Shown here piece after piece: positions 59,659 through 64,000 of a stretch of 64,000 nucleotides of DNA. Source of the DNA: an uncultured delta proteobacterium (lineage in GTDB: Bacteria > Desulfobacterota > Syntrophorhabdia > Syntrophorhabdales > WCHB1-27); assembly GCA_963810935.1 (NCBI GenBank), contig CAWEPK010000009.1:96001-160000 (forward strand), read 5' to 3'. The translations under genes and the position numbers were made by a program. Within the stretch, counting starts at the first letter, position 1. Each line of letters opens with the position of its first letter. The notes under the pieces were generated by a model. The model saw only the letters and a list, made by a program, of their open reading frames with translations. It had not been told where the DNA came from and made no database searches.

Positions 59659-60387
59659 ATGATGACAGTCGAAGACGTCAGCAGTGAAAAAGATGAAGCT
59701 TCCTTCAACGATTTGAGCAAACCGGGCAAATCGTTCTTTTTCCCTGTCGGTCTCCCATTACAGATTGAGATCAGCGGGGTCTCACTCAGGATGAGCAGCG
59801 TTTCGGTCGGTTACCTGGCAGGCAACTGGTTGATAATAAAATATCCCTCCACCGGCACTTTCGGCTCTATCGCGAGCAAGCTGTTCAAAGGCAACAAGAT
59901 CACCGTGCGATACGTCAATGAAGGGGACGTTTTCGGTTTTCAATCCGAGCTGGTGGGCACGACGGTAGAACCTATGAGGCTCCTGTTCATCTCGTTTCCG
60001 ACAACGATTGCCCGCCGCAGCCTGCGGGCCAACAGAAGGATCGAGTGCTACCTTCCGGCCGAAATCCAGGGTGAGAAAATTAAAGAAGGCGAGACCGTCA
60101 AGGACGGCATTATTCTCGATATAAACAGTGCGGGCTGCCACTTTACGATGGTGCGCGGGGCGGCCGAGCAGGTATTGCCCGATGTGCGGATGAACGACCA
60201 GCTCTCGATCAGCGTGCAGCTCCCTGGGACGCAGGACAAGGTCACGCTTTCGGCCATCATCAAGAACATCCACCGGGACTCCCAGAAAATCGGCCTGGGC
60301 CTCCACTTCGACGACATAGACGAGGAAAAGAAGAACAGGCTTGTGGAGTTTGTATCGACCCTCGAAAAATTTAGCTGGGAGAAATAG
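59659..60387 (+). CDS. Flagellar-brake/YcgR-like PilZ-domain protein
   Basis: PilZN-like N-terminal domain; RANRR and DINSAG c-di-GMP motifs. Confidence 0.8.
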   Translation: MMTVEDVSSEKDEASFNDLSKPGKSFFFPVGLPLQIEISGVSLRMSSVSVGYLAGNWLIIKYPSTGTFGSIASKLFKGNKITVRYVNEGDVFGFQSELVGTTVEPMRLLFISFPTTIARRSLRANRRIECYLPAEIQGEKIKEGETVKDGIILDINSAGCHFTMVRGAAEQVLPDVRMNDQLSISVQLPGTQDKVTLSAIIKNIHRDSQKIGLGLHFDDIDEEKKNRLVEFVSTLEKFSWEK

Positions 60388-60395
60388 AAAGGGCC

Positions 60396-61736
60396 CTAAA
60401 AAGGATAACCCAGCCCGGCAAAAATCGCGATCCCTTCCGAGCCCATGCCCATATCGACGCGCCCCACGATGTTCGGCCTTACGATCCCCCTGAAGCCTAT
60501 GCCCGGATTGAACTTGAAGTTCTTATGACGGATGTCCGTCAGGTTGGGCATTACCGTCCCCGCGTCGAAGAAAGGCGCAACCTCTATTTCGGCATCGACG
60601 TCAAAGAGATTCATGCGGGTAAGCCGGATACGCTCCTCAAGATTGCCCAGTATGTAGCTGTTGTCTATGAAACGGTTCCGGCCGTATCCGCGTAGTGTGT
60701 TCTCTCCACCGAGCATGGACTGCTCCAAAAACGGCACGTTGCTCCCCAGTGTCTGGCTGTAAGCGAAGCGGACAACGCTCACAATGTTCTTGTCGTAGGC
60801 CGGGAAATATCCCTTCATTTCCGCGTCGTAGTGCTGAAAACTGTCACTGGAGCCGAGAACTGCGGTGGACGCCTCGAATGTTGTCCTCCCGTACAGCCCC
60901 TTAGTGGGCGTGATGAGAGAATCCATGGTGTTGTAAATGAAGGAGACCCTCTGGGAATTGATCAGAAAGCCGTTAATGCCCGGGACCTGCTGCGGCGTAA
61001 ACACCTGGCCGATAAAGGGAAGTCCTTTCAGTGCGCCATGCTCGATATTAACGTTCCGGAACTTCTCGCCGACGGCTACCTGAAAGTTTTTAAAGATCTC
61101 GTAGCCGAGTGAGAAATTAAAACCTGTTTCCTGATCTGCATAATTTGACTGGTCCCGGCGGTGGCTTGTCGACTGAAAGCCGAAGAACCTGGCCGAGCCG
61201 TCGGTAAAATAGCCTGCGTAGCCGTTCGTCTCAAGCTTGGCGTCCATGAAAGTCTTGTCCCGGAACCTTACGTCGAAGTCCCGGTTTATGATGGTCGACT
61301 GCGAAAGGTTCACCTCGACCTGCTGGTTCAGCTTGGGGTAGTACGCCCCGTACAGCGTCATCGTAGACCCGAAGTTCTTATTGTAGTTGTATTGAGGCGC
61401 AAGGAGCGTCGAGACCTGATTCTCCTTGTTGTATTTCATAATGGCTGTCAAAAAGCCGTATGATGTGCCCTCATTAGGCGTTGTGGAGACAAAGGGCACG
61501 GGCACGTATGTGAACTCCTTATCGTGGGCCGGCGGTTTGTCCTTGGCCTGACTGCCGGGCTGTCCGGGGTCGGGCGCGTCAGGCTTCACCGTTCCGGCGG
61601 CGCCGGCGGCGTTTGGCGATTCATTCTTGAGCGATTCGACGGCTGGAATCGGAGGCGGCGTGCCCTCACCCGCAAACGCGAACGCAGCTATAAGTGGCAA
61701 TAGGAGAGCGAGCAAAAACCTGGTAGTAATCCGCAT
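60396..61736 (-). CDS. BamA/TamA (Omp85) family outer-membrane protein without POTRA domains
   Basis: Signal peptide, GGENTLRGY, FFDAG, C-terminal GYPF. Confidence 0.8.
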   Translation of the reverse strand: MRITTRFLLALLLPLIAAFAFAGEGTPPPIPAVESLKNESPNAAGAAGTVKPDAPDPGQPGSQAKDKPPAHDKEFTYVPVPFVSTTPNEGTSYGFLTAIMKYNKENQVSTLLAPQYNYNKNFGSTMTLYGAYYPKLNQQVEVNLSQSTIINRDFDVRFRDKTFMDAKLETNGYAGYFTDGSARFFGFQSTSHRRDQSNYADQETGFNFSLGYEIFKNFQVAVGEKFRNVNIEHGALKGLPFIGQVFTPQQVPGINGFLINSQRVSFIYNTMDSLITPTKGLYGRTTFEASTAVLGSSDSFQHYDAEMKGYFPAYDKNIVSVVRFAYSQTLGSNVPFLEQSMLGGENTLRGYGRNRFIDNSYILGNLEERIRLTRMNLFDVDAEIEVAPFFDAGTVMPNLTDIRHKNFKFNPGIGFRGIVRPNIVGRVDMGMGSEGIAIFAGLGYPF

Positions 61737-61783
61737 GGGGGTTGATTAGGATACCACGCAGAATGGCCCGACTGCAACGATAC

Positions 61784-62950
61784 TCAACCGCCACCGTGCG
61801 TTTTGATCATTTTGCCCCCTTCGACAACCCGGTAGCGTATGCCCCTCCAACGGACTCTTGACCCCGCGAAGCTCCACAGCCATACAAAAAAACTGATGAC
61901 GTCCTTTACGGGCAGGAGAAACAGCCACCTGGCCCAGGCAGCATCGCGGATAACCTTCCTATGTATAAGACTCGCAATCGCGTACCGCAGAGCGAGCGCC
62001 AGGCCCGCGACCCAGGCGGTCAATCCGCCCGGATTGGCGAGAAGGAGCAGGAGGGCAAAGGGAAAGATATGGGTAATGCCGTAGCCCGCGAAGCCCTTTG
62101 GCCTCGACGCCCGGTAAGTCCTTGCCCAGCGCAACTGGTGGAGCAGGTACTCGCCGATTTCCATCCGTCCGACGCTGTTTTCGACAACGTACCCGCTCAG
62201 GACGTTCTCGTAGCCCTTCTGAGCGCACCTGTACCCCAACTGGTAATCATCGGCCAGATAGTCGGCGACTGCCGCGAAGCCGCCGATATCGCGAAGTGTA
62301 TCCTTCGATATGAGGATGGAGGCGCCCAGCCCGAAGCCTATGCCCTCCATGCGCCTTGCAACGAGCACCGAGGGGATGAAATCGACGGCAATCGTCAGCG
62401 ACTCCAGGGCGCTGCCGACGGAGGCCGGCCTGGACGTCTTGTAGAGGGAGGTCACGATCCCCGTCTTTTTGCCCTGCATGTATTCGCCCATTATACGGCT
62501 TAAGTAATCCCTGCCGACGAGCATGTCGCTGTCGGAGAGCACGAGCATGGGGTAGCGGGCCGCACCGGCGAGGTTTTGGAGGTTGAGCACCTTCAGGTTG
62601 GCGCCGGTCCCGGCGTCGCTCACTACGACGCGGGCGTCGCAGGGGGCGGACGCCGCAAGCTGCGAGACAAGCGGGAGTGCCGGGTCGTCCGCGTCCCGAA
62701 AACCGAAGAGCACTTCGAAGGCAGGGTAGTCCTGATCGAGAAAGCTTGCCAGGTTTTCCGCGCACGAGGGGTCCGCACCCTTTATCGGCTTCAGGATCGA
62801 GACGCCGAGGACGTCTTTGGGCCGGGGGCCGGTCGTCTTTTCCGACCGTGACTTCCTGAAGAAATCGAGCACGCAGAAGAGGGAAAGAATGTGGTAGCAG
62901 CCCCCCAGTACGACGAGTGCAAAAAGGAGGATGGAAAGGGTCGTTATCAT
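61784..62950 (-). CDS. hpnI: Hopanoid glycosyltransferase HpnI (ceramide glucosyltransferase-like GT2)
   Basis: SILKPIKG, NLKVLNL, SDSD, LADDYQLG, HQLRWART. Confidence 0.8.
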   Translation of the reverse strand: MITTLSILLFALVVLGGCYHILSLFCVLDFFRKSRSEKTTGPRPKDVLGVSILKPIKGADPSCAENLASFLDQDYPAFEVLFGFRDADDPALPLVSQLAASAPCDARVVVSDAGTGANLKVLNLQNLAGAARYPMLVLSDSDMLVGRDYLSRIMGEYMQGKKTGIVTSLYKTSRPASVGSALESLTIAVDFIPSVLVARRMEGIGFGLGASILISKDTLRDIGGFAAVADYLADDYQLGYRCAQKGYENVLSGYVVENSVGRMEIGEYLLHQLRWARTYRASRPKGFAGYGITHIFPFALLLLLANPGGLTAWVAGLALALRYAIASLIHRKVIRDAAWARWLFLLPVKDVISFFVWLWSFAGSRVRWRGIRYRVVEGGKMIKTHGGG

Positions 62951-63000
62951 CTCGTCAAAGCCTTCCCAAGACGGGTCCGCAGATAGTACAATATAGGACC

Positions 63001-63735
63001 ATGAAGCTGCTCATCCTCTACGCCATTCCAAGGGAGATCGCTCCCGCCGCCAGGCTGTTCGGGCAAAAAGAGAGACTTTCCGGCAGGCCGTATCCCATTG
63101 TTCGCTTCCGCCACCCAATCCACACGGTCCTGGCTGCCGAGACAGGCGTCGGCGTCCTGAACGCGGGCCGTCTCTTCCTGCGTCTCATGGAGTCCGAAAA
63201 GCCCGACGCGGCAGTCTCCCTCGGCTACTGCGGCGCCCTCAGCCCCGACGCGGATATCGGCGACCTTGTCTGGGCTTCCAGCGTCTGCCTGATTAAAAGC
63301 GGGCGGTCGGAAACCCTCTCCCTACCCGACCCCGGAGGCCTCCTCGGGCTTATCCAGGGCCGCCTTTCCATAAGGGCGGGGACATTCTTTACGCTTGCCG
63401 GGCCGATGAAAAAAAAGGAGATCGTCCGTTTCGTACCCGACGGCACGCCGCTGCCCGTCTGCGACATGGAAACCTTCGCCCTGGCCCGGCACGCAACCGC
63501 CGCGAAGCTTCCGTTTTTCGCTATCCGGAGCGTAAGCGACCGCCACGACGAAGACATAGCCTTCGACCCACAGGCCGTCTGCGACCGCTTCGGCATTTAC
63601 AAGCCGCTTCTCGCGGTCCGGCTCTTCCTCACAAAACCGGGCCTTCTTGCCCAGGCGATACGCCTCGGCCGGACATCGAAGGTCGCGTCGCGCAGCCTCG
63701 CCCTGGCCCTCGACGCCCTGCTGCGCGCCTTGTAA
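63001..63735 (+). CDS. Nucleoside phosphorylase family protein (HpnG-like)
   Basis: ETGVG, SLGYCGAL, CDMET, IRSVSD; next to hpnI. Confidence 0.7.
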   Translation: MKLLILYAIPREIAPAARLFGQKERLSGRPYPIVRFRHPIHTVLAAETGVGVLNAGRLFLRLMESEKPDAAVSLGYCGALSPDADIGDLVWASSVCLIKSGRSETLSLPDPGGLLGLIQGRLSIRAGTFFTLAGPMKKKEIVRFVPDGTPLPVCDMETFALARHATAAKLPFFAIRSVSDRHDEDIAFDPQAVCDRFGIYKPLLAVRLFLTKPGLLAQAIRLGRTSKVASRSLALALDALLRAL

Positions 63736-63761
63736 AACCGCCCCCCTTTTTTTGGGAAACG

Positions 63762-64000
63762 TCAGGCCTGCCCGGGCACAACCGCCTCGGGGAAATCCCT
63801 CATGTGCGCCTCCAGGGCTTGCGCGGTCGCCGTCCCGCGAAGCCTCGTCCTGACTACCGAAACCAGTAAGGCCAGCGGGAGCAGGACGATGAAGATGTCT
63901 GCCCAGAGGAGGTTATATTCACCGATGTAGAGCGTCATCGACATATTAAATGCCATGACGGAGCAATAAAGGGCCGGGCCGAACAGGTATCTCCAGGGGA
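63762..64000 (-). CDS. C-terminal part of a membrane protein; its 5' end lies outside the window
   Basis: Open frame from the window end: PWRYLFGPALYCSVMAFNMSMTLYIGE.. with hydrophobic helices. Confidence 0.5.
   Translation of the reverse strand, partial: PWRYLFGPALYCSVMAFNMSMTLYIGEYNLLWADIFIVLLPLALLVSVVRTRLRGTATAQALEAHMRDFPEAVVPGQA

Overview
GC-rich bacterial chromosomal window. Gene content suggests an anaerobic Desulfobacterota/deltaproteobacterium, possibly Syntrophorhabdaceae-like (inference). In order: (i) the conserved rpsB-tsf-pyrH-frr-uppS-cdsA-dxr-rseP-tsaB block. (ii) An ~8 kb cluster at 8.4-16.4 kb resembling ferrosome (fez) gene clusters: a DUF5132-type small membrane protein, three stand-alone HMA_2-type proteins and a 22-aa amphipathic-repeat protein. 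It is built around an HMA_2-fused P2A (Ca/Mn-type) ATPase that is translationally coupled to a MetK paralogue whose methionine-binding residues are replaced. This is the best candidate for an undescribed system. (iii) A 17 kb minus-strand catabolic cluster joining a Liv-type ABC transporter, oxidoreductases, an IlvD/Edd dehydratase, KdgK and Eda to a corrinoid protein and a UroD-family methyltransferase. (iv) A 29-aa Lys/Ala-rich micropeptide, murJ, gntR-pckG, an orphan mreB and ttuBA. (v) An AT-richer IetAS-like (AAA ATPase + S8 protease) island plus HicAB, HigBA and an orphan N4/N6 DNA methyltransferase fused to a degenerate SNase domain. (vi) amrS, lon, an M18 aminopeptidase, PagL-like, PilZ, Omp85 and hopanoid (hpnI/hpnG-like) genes. 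Several genes are split by single-base indels, mostly in or beside AGCT, which points to methylation-related sequencing errors rather than true pseudogenes. No rRNA, tRNA or CRISPR array was recognised.
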